A stretch of 64,000 bases of DNA from Ptychomitrium polyphyllum (lineage: Eukaryota). The stretch covers positions 4,712,001-4,776,000 of the forward strand of contig OZ316775.1 in NCBI GenBank assembly GCA_973851085.1, read 5' to 3'. Shown here piece after piece: positions 49,701 through 63,960 of the stretch. The notes below the pieces were generated by a model. That model was not told the origin of the DNA. It ran no database searches and saw nothing but the letters and a program-made list of their open reading frames with translations. Position 1 is the first letter of the stretch, and each line of letters starts with the position of its first letter. The translations under genes and the position numbers were made by a program.

Positions 49701-52700
49701 TTAAACTATATTTGAAAGTATTTTGGTCTTAATTTTAAGAATATCAACCATAGGCTTTGTATGGCTATTAAAAATAAAAACTTTAGCAATGTCAATTTTG
49801 TAGCCACAATCCTTACTTAATTGACAACACTTTATACAATTATCATCCATTGTGTGAAAAGAATTAAAGCCATTAATATGTGCCTTTAATATCTATTTAA
49901 TCTAAATCTCATTTATACAAAATTTTGAATTTGAATGACAAATTATATTCCAACTTTACAAGCAAAAGGATTTTTTACCTTGTCAAACATTTACATCCCC
50001 AATGAATCTTTTCCTCCCATGGTTGCATTTCAAGACTCCATTGAATTCCAATTCTTTCATTCCGGCTTTTGCCATAACCAACAAAATTGCTCTAAGTCTT
50101 CAATATTCTCCTTTACATCATTGTAGCAAGTGATAGATTGTTTGATTTGTATACAATTACATGTGCTTAATGTGACAACTATTTTATATCCAAGATGTTA
50201 TACACCATCATTCAAGCCTCAAAAAATTTCTATATGTTTTTTTGTCTTCCAATTGCTTTGTAATACCAAAGCACTTCAATAATTAGGCTTATTTTTCATT
50301 TTCACTATGTCAGATTAAATAAACAAAAATCAAAGTGAAAGTCAATTTAAAATTCAAAATAAAAATAAAAATAATAAGATTATGTAAAAAATATGGAACA
50401 AAAATTTAAGATATTTAATTTTTAAAAAGAGTGAAAGGCCATAAATATTTAGATGAATAGAGAAAAATTCTGAAAATAAAAATGAATTTTTTTTAATAAG
50501 ACCAAGGAAAATAATGAAAGGAAAAAAATTCAAAAAATTATTAATAGTGATAACATTCAATATTGCTTGATTATAAGCTCATTTCTTTGAAAATTGTATA
50601 ATTCCAATGTCTTGATAAAACATTTCGAAAAAGCAATTTTTCTAAAATGATATGTACTTATTTTTAAAGATGATTTTAAAAAAAAAATGGAAATGAAAGT
50701 TTGTTAAACCATGCATCATTGACTATGGTCTAACTTGAACCATCTAAAAATTAAATTAACATTAGAAATTCACAAAACAAAGAAAATTTCAATAAATCAT
50801 AAAAAATCAATTGTTTTATTTAGAAAAATTCTAAATAAGAAAGGATTACAATGAAGCCATACAAAGGCTTTAAATAATCAACATGAAATCTTTCCATTTT
50901 GTTAAATTGTTTTTAGGAATATATGGTGTATCAAGTTTTTGTCCTTGCTTCCAACTACCTATAGGTAAAAAACAACCTCCATTGTAAGATAATTAGTTCT
51001 AAAAAAGTTACCACATTCCAAATTCTTTTCAATTTGTACCCATGGCAATAATGATGTGTCATTCAAAGCCTTTGTAATTTTGCATTAAAGCAATGAAGCA
51101 GCCCATTGCCTGTAGTTTAATATTCTAATTTCAAAGAACACGGTTTTGATACTTAAGAATTAAATTTCAATGTAAACGTAAAGAACAAAAACAAGAAAGG
51201 CTTGGAAAGTCATGTTTCTACAAATGCTGAAAATAAATAAAGTAGTGTATGCCTTTCAATGTTTAACTTCTTCATAACAATTTCAAAAGATTCAATACAT
51301 TTCATAAAAATATGATTTCCAATTGCACTGAATGTGCCTCAGTGTATGCTAAGTTGATTCAAGTCTTTAACGAACTTGATTAACCTCAGAAACTAAGTCT
51401 CTGTGGGAATTGTCTTGAATCGATTTGGGACCTATGGAGGTCCAGCATGACCTTGGAATATGGATTTGCATTCCTCGTGACCTGAAAAAGTACTGGCAGG
51501 TTGCAGTCCAGTGCATGTGAATGGAAGTACTGGCTGTGTCCCAAAATCATTTCTCCATGAACCAGCATGCTGCCTGACCAGGCTACTATGGTAGAGAGAG
51601 AGAGTTCCAGCTCACTTCAAAGTCCACTGCACAGATTATGCTGACAGAGTTGTGCTAAATTGCACTCAGAAATTACCTGAAGTTGCATTGTTCTTTAGAC
51701 CGTACCTACAGTGTAACTGTACATAGTAACAGCATTGCACATGGTCTCATCCTGATTCCTCACCATATGGACTGAAAGGCTCCCTTACAAGTTGCAGTTA
51801 GTCTTGATGGATGCATTTTCACTCTCAATTCCCAGAATGTTTCGAAGACAGTACCTTGTTGTAACAGTATGATAACTTTATGCATGCTACTCAACCTTCC
51901 CATAAATTAATTAAACTTGCTATAGAACAATCAGAGTACAAAATGGGGTTCTAAGTCTTCCACATGAGTAGATTTGGGGTTGCTATGACTCCCATGAGAG
52001 ATCATTATTTTGTGGCTTGAGCATGTAAACAATGTGGGTTGCCTTTCAGTGCTGAGGATGGGGCAATACTCAGCCTGAGTTGAGTATGATAGTCCTCTCA
52101 ACAAGTGCGATTCTGGAAGGCATGTGAATTGAAGAATGTGTAACTGATCATATGATGGCTCCCCAAGTTCATGCACTATGCTTGTCACCACCCTGCGAGG
52201 TCTGATGGCTGTTAGACTTGGCAATAACTAGAATTGAGAGGGAACTGAGTTTGGACTTAAGTGCACGTTCAGAATCAAAGCCAAGTGAGGGTATTGTACA
52301 GTGATAAGAAGTTCCCAAACACTTGGTACAAGTCTACAAGACAAAGATGCTGTGACATACTTTAAGATTCAAGCCAGCCTTTAACTTACTCACAGCATGT
52401 GTGTCTCTCCCCACAGGCCATCTAAAAACAAAATAATAACTAACTTACTCACCGCCTGAAAAATGTCATTAGTATTGAGTGATTACTTTAACTCAAATCA
52501 GTGTGATGCCAGGTGAGGAATGTGCCTGTAAATTAATTCACAGACGATATTGTCTGTGCAGGAGTAATTGATTTTGTCATATTAATTCAAAGGTGTAGGT
52601 ACTGAACAAGCCAATAGTAGACAGGAACAATGTTTACTGGAGGGATAGCTTCGTAACTACAACGGCATCTACACTCAGATGCATATCACCTATCATTCCC

Positions 52701-53714
52701 GTAAAATGACAAGCAACATGTACAGAGATTGAACATGTGCGAACTGCAATGAGATAAAGCGCATGAGCAGATACAGAATTCAGTCTACGGATTGGAATTT
52801 TGAGATCTGTTCCAGGCGCAACAAAATGTATGCAGACTGAACGTAGATTTGTATTCAAGTGAGGCCAGAGATAGATCGAAGCGCGAAGCACAATAATCAT
52901 GGCAGCGGCGGGGAGAAATAGTGCTGCAGCTAAGGTAGCCGCTGGAAAAGCGGAGCGGCCTTCAGACTGCAGAAAGGAAATGATAGAGATCGTAATGGAG
53001 CACAGGCTCGGTGTCGTTGCATCCATTATGATGTCTGGCAGGCAGGCGGCACGAGGCAGAGGCATGTCAGCGCTCTGGATATTTCTCTAATTCTCCTTCT
53101 TTCGTCGTTGTAACATCGGGGAGAGGTATCCTTGAGAGCCCCTAGCTTGAGAGTCAGAGTTGGAGTTGACGGTAGCTGGGTTGGTGCTAAAGAGCAAGTG
53201 AATATGGACAAGGTTTGGAGTGATTAGAGTGGAGAGCGAGCTCCAACGGTTATGATGAGAGTTTGACTGGTGTGGTGGATCGTGTAGAAATCAATGATCA
53301 GTAGATTGTTCTTCGAAGGCGCCTAAAATCGGAGAACCTAGCTACAGAGACGGTCGGTACAGAGCAGTATGGAGTCACTACAGGCATGAGGGAGAATGAG
53401 CACAAGTGAAGTGGAGTGGAGGGAGGATCTAGTACTTACTCTAGCCTAGTACAGAAGCAAGCCCAAGCTTGCTAAGTGCTTAGGAAAGCGTTTTAAATTT
53501 ATTGAGATACTTCCCGTTAAGCTCAACTGCTTACACTCACTAAGGTAAACAATCGCTCGGGAAGTGGTCGCCATATCCGCCATTTCTGCACAATTTAGGT
53601 GGCTGCGATCGTAATCCGGATGTTAACCTCTTGTGCACTTGTGGACGACTCTGTGAAAGGATTTAAAGATACAATCAGGCTAGTTCGGCAGGGTAACGAC
53701 TGAAATCGTTCTAC

Positions 53715-56700
53715 ATGAAAGTAGTGAAGGAGGCTGTAAAGGAGCAGAAAGCAGTTGCATCACTGCGGCGTGGTTCAATGCGGAACCCTGTCCCTAATGG
53801 CGTGAGTCCTGTATCTCAAATTGATGCCATTGAGAGCAAGTCTTCAACTAACGAGCAGAACTTGGGGGAGAAGTTTCCACCTTTTAGAGTACAGCAGTCC
53901 ATGAGGTTCGCATTCTTTCGCAGATAGATAAGTTACTGCATTCCTCGTCAGCATCTTTGTTGCAGTTTTCTCTGCTGAGTGGTATAAAGACGAACTAAAT
54001 ATGTTCTACTTCTACTATTACTATGTTGGAACTGTCTATGTAAGTTTGAAAGGGGTTTAATAAGCCTTGCTATGGAATAGACGTTGTGAAGTCGCAGACT
54101 CGCTATGATCACTGGGCAAACCATTGTCGATGGGAATGTGTAGATTCTGGCAAAAACCTGACTAGTTATTTTGAACAAGTTACGGAAATTTTGAATTAAA
54201 AGCTGAGATTTATTGGACTTGCTTAGAAATCGACCAGGCTTGAACTTAATTCAAGATTGGTGTTGTGCTTCTGAACTACAAATGCCCATGATTTTGTAGT
54301 CATTGGTCACAAGCCCGTTGAAAGATTCTTGTTTTTGGACTTCTCTTTCTCATTTTGCTATTCAGAAATTAAGAGGACTACAGTCTTATGTCCTTGATCG
54401 TGTTGTCTATTGATTCGCATAACCACAGGGCAGTGTAGTATCCCTACTTTACAGAGAAGAATGCGTCAAGAGCAGTATTATAAACTATACTTCCATTTTA
54501 GTCTACTCAAACTCTTTTTTGAATCGCTTCTATCTTCCACATATTCTGATGCCTTCTGCATAGCATTTTATTTAGGAATCGCATATCAGTTTCAAAATGT
54601 CATTTGTATCGTTTTCGCAGCCTGGATTACTTTTTATCAGAGTCATAATTCCTATATTTATGTGCATTTTCAGAAGGTCTAAATTTTCTGGTGAGCTGGA
54701 ACGGGATATGGCTTTTCCGGCTCCCCAGCCTTCGGCTAGACTGGCAACAACAACACCTCTGAACCCGGTAACTCCGTTACGATGGAAATCATCGAAACGT
54801 TTAGAACTGGAGAAAAAGAAGCTTCAAGAGGACCTGAAAACAAAAGAGGTGGCTAAGGAGGATTATAAGAATTCCAAGCTGACGGTCAAAGAAGAGAAGA
54901 AGGACCAACATACTAAGATGATAGCAATACCAAAACTACAAGCCAATGCCATGGAAGTATCTCACAAAGCTAACAAAGAGACGAGGTTTGCAGCTTCTGC
55001 AAGCATTTCAGGGTCTATGGTGTTGCCACAAACGAATGGAAAAACTAGAGACATGAAACGTCCCCCCTCAGTAACCATTGGAAGCAGCGATGAGCATGCG
55101 ATTCAAAGTGAAGAAGGTTCCCCCCCTGATGCGGAACATGGAATTGACCGAAGCAATGGTGATGTTTCAGAAACCGACAGGTAATATGCTCTACATTTTG
55201 GAACTAATCAGAAAATTCGAAGACACTTTATGAATCGACTGTTCTTCCTTCTGCATTTACTCGCTAATTATATAGTGATTTGACCTTTATCTCCATTTCA
55301 ATGTTCTCAAAAGGGATTACGTATAATTCATGCCATTTGAATCTCAAATTGATGGTATGAAAGGAATACATGTACGATTTTTACATGTGCAGGAAGTCTC
55401 TTCCAGGAGATGAGTCGTCTGTCATAACCATTGATTTCCTGAGAGCGAGGCTTTTATCAGAGCGCGCTTCTTCAAAAGCTGAAAAGGAGCGTGTACAGCA
55501 GCTTACCAATAAGGTAATGATCTGGACTGAACAACTCAGAGAGGATAGATGAACATCCTCTTATGTCACCTGATTTCTGCTGGAATAGTACATCCGGATT
55601 CACTAATGTGTAAGCGCCATGGAATGATCCAGCTGCTGAATATCATTGTTTAAGGAAATTAATCTGCCATAATGCATTTATTGCATTAAAGATTACGTAT
55701 CGAGTTTGCTGAATTAGTAACAGTAATATAAAATAGACAAATTTTGGTTGTATATACGTTGGTGTCTCAGGTTCTTGAGCTAGAGGGCAGATTGGATCAA
55801 GAAATCCAGTCCAGAAAAAAAGCCGAAGATTCAGCACAAGAAGCCCTCTTGAAGTTTGAATTACAAGGTCAGTCACTACCGCATTGATCGTTCGCTCTTT
55901 TCATTTAGAAGGGGTTCCTTTAAGTCACACGACATGTTGCATGTCTTTGAATTCCTGTTGAAAAGTTGCACTTCCTGGACGTTTCATTTTCATTATTTTG
56001 CTTGTCGCCTGACAGAGAAAATAGGAAAGCAAGCAAGTAAGGAGAGCTCCAAGATTTTCGAATCTACTACTAGTGTGTCAGAAAAATTGTGGGGATCAAA
56101 CCAAGTCACTGAGACAGATATCTCTAAACCACTTTCCCCGCATGGGAGAACGAAAATTGAACAAGATCAAGCTCTGTTATCAAACCAGGAAGAACAAAAA
56201 TGTCAATTGCCTTTGCAAGTGCATGATGCCGAACCAAATGCTACTGAGGTTACCATGCCGGACCACACACGGTCAGTGCCCTTAGACATCAAAGATGGCA
56301 GCAAGCAAGTGACGAGTGAGGTCAAAATAGTTCCGTCGTCCGAACAAGAGATTGGTGATCGCCATAGAGTTCAATGCTTGGAAAAAATCGGATTACAGGA
56401 AGTTAAACAAGATTCCGGTCCCCCAGTTCAAAGAATGGAATCTACTAGTTGCAGCTCAATTTCTTCTGTCAACTCAGGGCTTCATGAACGACAGGAGAGA
56501 AGGTTACTGCTCTTAAGCATTAGGACTTCTGACTCTATGGTCATGTCTCACAATTTGAGAACGTCGGCACCCTTGCCTCTTTTTGTGGCATGGCCATTCC
56601 AAGGTCATGTGAGACTAGGATATTTAATTACTAACATAATCGTACGAATTAGGCCTCACCATCGCCAGGTGCTAAACAATGAGTTTTTCACTGGAGTAAT

Positions 56701-59700
56701 AAGCGCTCTGGAGGATTTCTAATTCTAGCTTGCGTTCTGTTTTATTCAGGTCTGGAGTAGAAGAGCGGCTGCGCCACATGTGGGATCAGATGAGAGAGGA
56801 AATGGCCGCCCTTGCAGAAGATAAGACTCAAGAGGAGCTTGTTCGTGAAGAACTTCTCCATTGGATGGGCCAAGTCCCAAGTGTACTGCAGGACGTTCTT
56901 CCAAAACCCTCTGGTATATCACCTGTTGCTTTTAAGCGTGTTGTGTATCTGTACCATATGCTTTTACAATATCTGGCACATCACCTCTTTGCTTTTGTAC
57001 CATACAAACATGAAACCCATATTAGTACGATTGATCTTTGTATTGTGATTGCGGTGCAGTGAAGTAAGTATTAAGTCAAGGATTTTTGGAGTACCTTGTC
57101 TTTTCTAAACATATCATACTTTGTACTGCTCATAACTCAATATCGTTGGAAGATGACAATTTTTATCATCATGGATGATAACATCATACACTCTACTATA
57201 TCAAGACCGACGTTTATCTGCAGTGACCCTCTTTTCAGATGGTTGATTTCCTTGAAAGCCTGAATATGCTAGCCTCGTTTGAGGTTCCCGTAGTAGATCA
57301 GGCTCTAGATTTCAGTACTGAAGTTTCCTTGGTGGTGTAGAACTATAAAATTACCTTGGCTTTTGCAGAGGATAAGGAATTGGTGGTTACATCAAGCACG
57401 AAGAACGTCCAGCTAAAGGATAGAGATGTCCCGCTAGCAAGCTTGATATTCAATCAAGACTTAAAAGAAGGTAATGACCCACTTTTAGTTTCAAGAAGCC
57501 AATCTGAAGTCGATTCTTTTTGATGTTAGTCAGGTTTACTCAAGGGCTTGAATGGTTGTAATGGTACTATTAAACATCTGACGACATTATGATCCAATGC
57601 TACCAGACAAGAATGAAGATCTTTCTCTCAAGGGAGCGTCATCTGGTGACAAAAGTAGAATTCAAGATAAAGGTTTAAAAAAAGTCGCCTCGTTGATTGA
57701 GCGATTCGAAGCTCAGGAAACTAACCAGCGGGAATGGGAGCAGAATTACGCCAAGCGGAATTCGGTATGATCCAGTGTAATGCATTTTGCAACTTGATAC
57801 AAGATTCTGACTTCGTACAATGGTGTCTTTTCAGCGTGTCTCCTGTTGAAACTGAGTACAAAAAGTACAAAAAGGCGTCATGAAAATAATTCTGAATCGA
57901 AAGTTCCATTCCTATATCTATTCGGACACATTATTTTCTATCTAGGTGGGGAACTCGTCCTGCTTCTAAATTGATAGGATCTATCCTATATCTATGCTTG
58001 ATGAGTTTTACAACGTTGTTGTGCATGTCCACTATGCTGAAGACTAGCAGAAGGCGCAGCAACGAAGGTTCTATGACAATGGCACACAGCAATTCAGGAA
58101 CGCCTCACTCACTTAAGTCCCAACAGGAGAGTGACCTGGAACAATTAGAAGATGTAGCTCCGAAAATCCAGTCGCAGAATGAAGATCCTAGATTTTACAG
58201 CAATGTCACGAGCTCTTCGGTCTCACCAAGCCAATGCATAAGCATAGAGAGCTTCCTCACCAGAAAAGAAAATGGAAAAGTGGATATCCAAACTCCTGAG
58301 ATTAGAACCCCTTCAACCGATCCAGATCCTCCAACAGTTGAAGAGGTAGTGGAACGATCTGAAGGAGGGATTACTTATAGTGGGACTCAAAGAACCGATG
58401 ACTTCTTTGTCAAAAGTGCAGATTTAGGGTCTGAGAGGTCACTGGTTCCTTCTTTCATTACACCCCCTCAGAGTATGTCATCAGGACCAGATGCAAGGGA
58501 GAACGAAAAGGATATTAGACGAAACCCGGCGGACAGATCGCAAGTAGTTCTGAAACAGAGCGAACATCACCTCAATCCAAGAGCTTTGGAAGGAACATAT
58601 GAGGCTCTTGTCGGCCATCCTCGAAGAAGCAATCTGGAAAGAGATCAACCGCCTAGATCACAAACCCTTGCTGGTTGGGTAAATCTGGAGGATGCTCAAA
58701 CACATGGGATGCCAACTGATAAAGGAGATAGCGCATTACTATGGGATGCATCATTTGTTGATCTTCATCTGCGACATGACAAATTGGCGTCTTATTTACA
58801 GGCTGGCAACAGCAATGCATATACAAAACCAGAAGTGCCAGGTATCTATCCTCTGCGAAACGATGAGAGAGAGGTTTACCGCGGACGAATGGAAAGCGTG
58901 TCGCGAAGCATGGAAGGGCTTGGGAGCTCTTGGCGGTCGATTTCTGATCCAGAAGGAGATGAGCTTCAGCCTTATGCAGACATATCGGTGGCAAATGAAT
59001 CAGGAACTACTAGGAGATCACGCCACCAGATGCCCTTCCAGGTTTTTTCACCATCAATGACTTTCAGAAAACATACTTATCCACAGCTCTATACATGCTT
59101 TTACACCTGCTACATCATTCTTAATTTGAAAGAAGCGTTCTCTAGTTCTAGGTTGCGTTGCAAACTTCGCTATCATTTAAACTTCCCCCTTAATATTTCG
59201 AGGGATGCTCATATAATTTGTTACGTTCACTTGCGTAGCCAAATTCTATCTTGGAATCATGATATTATGCGTTTGGTTGAATGAAGTATACTCTTTCTTC
59301 TCACAAATGTTAAAAGTTCTGACATCACACATTTGATAGGTAAATAGAGGCTCAGGACGATCAAACAACTGTCAAGCTGAAAGTATGGTGGGCTCGTCTC
59401 CAAACTCTGCATATACTGGTCGAGAGTTTTCAAGAGATAATTTTCAATGCCGATCATCAACTAAACTTGAAAGTTCTACAAGCAAAGTGAACGAGGTTCT
59501 CAAAGCTTTACAATTAGCCAAACTCAGTATTCAGAAGACTGGTGGCAGAAGACCATCGATGTCAAACACATGTTATTCGACAAATGAGCACAGGTTTGTA
59601 CCTTTGCACTGCTACTATCTGAGAGCATAAAAATGTGGGCTTAAACATGTACTGTGATCAATTTTTCGTCATAGCATGAACATACTAACGAGTTTGTTGC

Positions 59701-60180
59701 ATCTAATAATTAAATGATTAGGTGCAAACATTTAAAGTCTCAAGATGTTCAAAAATATTTTGAAGAGGTGCAATAACAGAAAAGCAAACGTCTTTTTGCC
59801 AACATTATAATGTCTAAAAGGACGTTACTTTCACATTGAGCAGTTGTTCTGGAGGCAAGAAACACAACGTGAAGACAGATTGTGGATTTTATGGCGGTGA
59901 TGGAATGACCAATAAATCCCCAGTTGCAATTCATGTTTGGTCACACCAAGAACTTTCGAGACGATACTCAACAGGCAGTTTTCGAGAAGCAGGATCTCCT
60001 CCTCACCTCCAACATTCAAGCCCGTCTGTCCCGTTAAGTATGATAATAGATGCACGCGGTAAAGACCACGAGGAGGACCACCCTTTGGCAGGACGGTCAA
60101 GTCCCGTCTCCAATGCTCGTCGCAAGTTTGTCGATAAAATCTCGACAGGAGGTGCTGTACAGTATATCTATCCCAACTAA
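53715..60180 (+). CDS. Large multi-exon, mostly low-complexity protein of unknown function with plant-conserved coiled-coil blocks
   Basis: Phase-consistent exons 53715-53905, 54674-55180, 55393-55513, 55771-55867, 56016-56502, 56750-56913, 57369-57470, 57607-57764, 58043-59041, then ~59350-59593 and 59844-60180. The junction after 59041 is unresolved. Blocks TIDFLRARLLSERA..VLELE..RKKAE, LIERFEAQETNQREWE and VLKALQLAKLSI resemble an uncharacterised land-plant family. Confidence 0.75.
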
Positions 60181-61979
60181 GAAGGTGCCCTCTATTTCTT
60201 TCCTTCAAGCTGGATGCAAATGGTTAGAGGATAAGTTAGTTGTTTTAAACTGTGGCCTATTTTCTACCTGACGGGAATTTTCCACACAAATCAGGTCTCC
60301 AGTCACTTGTGCCTGTAGTGAATCACGATCATGTTTGCTTGAATCCGTGACACAAATATTCTGGATTCTATACACATCGCCGTGTCCAAAACGGTTAAAA
60401 ATGATCAGGGACTCTGTTGGGAATTTCAAGTTTTTTGTTGCCCGTACAGAGGCTTCGTTACAAAGGCAGCTGCAGGTTCATAAAATTCTACACTACAGTT
60501 CAGGACCCTTTTAATATTCATGGAATTTTTTTCTACCTGTACCCAAGTATAAGCATGGTATCGCCATGTTATCGCGTTATATCCACAAGAATACCCGGAT
60601 ATCACTTGAGTATCAACTCGTTCGGGTATGTATCATTGAAGATTCCAGGAATATATTTGGAAAACTCCTACTTGAGTCGCCTGTGTGTATAGGACGAAGT
60701 TTCTAATGTTTGTGTGTGAATCTCTTTTAGCAGATGCTTCCCGTAGTCCCTTGGTGCAAGTATTGAGAGCAAGCTCTAATTTTATCTAAAACCAGACGTT
60801 AAAGATATGTCATGCCACACATATATGAATATGATCAACTTGAATTTAGTTCTTGACAAAGTTGGACTTTTCTGCAAGCAGCAGAGGAAATTCCCTGCAT
60901 GTTGCCATCAATTCAGAATGACTCAGAAGAATATTTGATGACATTTTATGGTTTCGTGCTGCTCAGTTTCGAACAACTTGATTCGCAGTCTTGAGCAATG
61001 TACATTTGTTGCTATGTTGTTTGAATTACTTACTTCCCACCAATGAATCTAATGGACAAGAGAATCAAATACAGCCGAATATATTACGCCGAAACAATTA
61101 ACGAACAATATGCCCAAAACAATTAACACAAGAACAGCTCAGGATAACACTTCGAAAAATCAAACCAATGACTGCATAGGAGTGTGTGCCATGATCTGGT
61201 ACATTGTAGAGGGTAGGAAATCTTTATCACCTAAACATCTGAATTTGATAATCAATTCACTACCATGCAAGAACTAGGAAAACTAAAGGTTGCTGGCAAA
61301 TCTTCCCAGACTACTACAAGTTCGGAAGCCCCTTGGAACGAAGCTTCTACCAAGCTTGAGCTCCAAACGGCATACTTCGGTCACACCAGCAGTCCTGTAT
61401 CCAGGGACTAAGACATCCTTGGATGTAAAAACCATTATATCACGTCAACACGTTGACACACCTAGTTCACAATTTCGCACGCACGAAAATTTTGAGAATT
61501 GCTGGGCACCCGAATGCGGAAAATGCATGTGACATAATAACAACCACAAACTTTTCCCTCCGTATTTGAAGTGGTTGGCAGATAAGCACGTGGTAAGCAG
61601 AAGTTACACTCCATTTCAGTGCTCCCTTGCGAAACGATGTCCCACCGAACAAGCCAGTACTAATATCGCAACCTGGGCAATAACTCGACAGATACATTGG
61701 ATGTGATTTAGCAGAAATCCCAAAAGTATTATTTCCGATTCTACCTGGCCTAAGTAGCGTTAAGATTTGTAACTTTTCAACCTCAAACTGGCCCCTCCTA
61801 TCAACAAAGTGAACAGTCGAACCAAGATCCATCCTGATTCTACATGTTTTTAAGAAGAATGCTATCATCACAGCCCACGTATGCAACTTGCCACCGAAGG
61901 AAGATGAAATATCAAACTTAGATTTCAAACTGACTGACATGTTTTGAAAAGTAAATTGAATATGTCGTCAAAAGCTTAC

Positions 61980-63960
61980 CAAAATGAAGAAAATCACTAA
62001 AGTAACAATGCCTGCCACTCGACCACTTTTCCGAAGGTCTTCCGCCACTCCACCCCTACGTCCCAAATCATTAGACATAAGCAAGGGGAGCAAGACCATC
62101 TCAGAAAGTACAACAACCAGATAGGTACCCATGACCCACCCAAACACTACACATATCCAGCTTGGTCGCGTCCAAAAATACGTCACAAGACTCCGTAAGT
62201 TCATAGAGAATTTATTACAACAACAAAATATAATATACCTTTGCATGCTAAATTCATAGATACGAAAATAGAGCACCGATATCAATCTGCAGACAAAGCT
62301 TGAGCACCATAAGAAACTTACTTGCAAGAATCACAGTCATAGCACTTTATTGAGTCGTCGTTGGAGTATCTCGTGCAATCCGGAATGGAAGGCAGAAGCA
62401 CTGAGGTTGTGTTGAAAGTACCGGGACCGGTCATAGTGTAGCCACATCTGCATTATATCAATGCACATGAATCACAGCCAGTGAAGAATTGGCGAAAACT
62501 CCCATCAAAGTCTAGAATAAAGCCAAAGGACAGAGCAATACTACGAATGAAACCTCGTAAATAATATTCAAGCTTAATGGGGATGACAAACAGCAGATAG
62601 AATTTGTACACGAAAGTGTTTACATGGAAGGGCATCAATTCCTCAAACTAGCGGTACTTGCAGAAACTACAACAGCAGCTATCAAATCTTAAAGTGGGGT
62701 ACTAGTAGAACGTTAGAAATATATCGTAACTCCCAAAGTCACCTGTTTGATCAATTCATTCATCCATCTAGAGGACATTTTACTGAATAACAATGAATCT
62801 TTCAAGAACAAAAATGTTTCCCACAGGAACATAAGAACTGGCCAGATAAAGTGTATTCTTACTCTGCAGGAGGACGACAGCAGCCAGACTGTATCGAATT
62901 CAAGTCCGAGTAGGGATAATCCACAGGCTGTACACATCAAATCAAAACAAAAATCAATTCACAGAATTCATGACAATAACGAGGATCAATAAATCTAGAC
63001 TTGATCTTAGACAGCATTTCGCTACTTGCCCAATTTATCAACGCAGCATACATTCGATTTCAAAACAAGTTAAATAGGAAACAGAACAATCCATCAAATG
63101 AGGTATCGGGTGATCAAAATATAACCGAGGATCTAACAGACTAATAGTTGCAAATCAGCAATGTACTGTAGTGTACATGATATCGTTACCACAGAAAATG
63201 CAAAGTACGTACCTGTATTTGATCAAATTTCGAGCAGCTATCGCTTGCCGCAATGACAGCTTTCAGATGATTCCAATTTGAATCCTTGTTTAACTGCGTA
63301 TCCATATCGATAAATGTAGTTTCTGCTAGTGAGACTAGAATAACAAGCACCTTTCTAATATTTACCGAATAAAAAACTAACAAAATAACAAATAATTCAA
63401 TAAATATGAGACGGTCCTCTCATTGAAGCAGTTGGATCCAATAATTTCTCGGAAAGGTTTGAAGGAATTTCAAATAAGCTTGCTAAGGTCAAAGGTAACA
63501 AATAGTAGATACTCCAGTGACACCATAATTCATAAGGAAAAGACATACCCTGTCTTGCACGTAGCTTGAGTATGAACTCAAATTGTACTGCTTAAACCTG
63601 TAATCCACAAAGTACAGCGAGTGGGAAAAAATCTAGGGGTTAAAAAAGATGAGCCCCACTACACTGCAACTCGTGAAATGAAAATTTGAATCTATAATTT
63701 ATACTTAATTTATTAGTGTCTGAGCAACGTCGTGCAATTATTTTTAAAAGAATATTTCTTAGAATAATTTTAGAGAAAAAAACTCTGAATAGTATTGCAC
63801 AATACTCCTGCTATCAATGCTGCACAGACATATTTTGTTCACCGAAGTGATGGATCACATTCACTCGAATCGATGATAAAAATTAGAGCGATGAAAGTAA
63901 ATTAGAACTTACTGTACGCCTGCAACATTGTGCCCTCCTCCTTTACTTGTTACTGCAAAT
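61980..63960 (-). CDS. Tetraspanin (plant TET family); internal exons only, 5' end off window, last exon not located
   Basis: Phase-consistent exons 63960-63913, 63597-63549, 63293-63213, 62927-62863, 62447-62322, 62055-61980 give FAVTSKGGGHNVAGVQFKQYNLSSYSSYVQDRLNKDSNWNHLK...IQSGCCRPPAECGY...DCTRYSNDDSIKCYDCDSCKGGVAEDLRKSGRVAGIVTLVIFFIL, containing the GCC(K/R)P signature. Confidence 0.93.

Noticed and set aside
48500..51350. Second AT-rich tract with repeated CCATTTGGAA-like motifs
   Set aside because: Too degenerate to assign; no boundaries found.
52380..53211. Minus-strand 143 aa ORF and a twice-repeated TAACTTACTCAC (donor-like GTGAGTAAGTTA) suggesting a micro-exon gene
   Set aside because: No recognisable protein, and the implied intron between the two sites is only about 30 nt; cannot be supported without RNA data.
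61467..61940. 157 aa minus-strand ORF as the tetraspanin's last exon or a separate gene
   Set aside because: No convincing acceptor/phase match or tetraspanin C-terminal motif.
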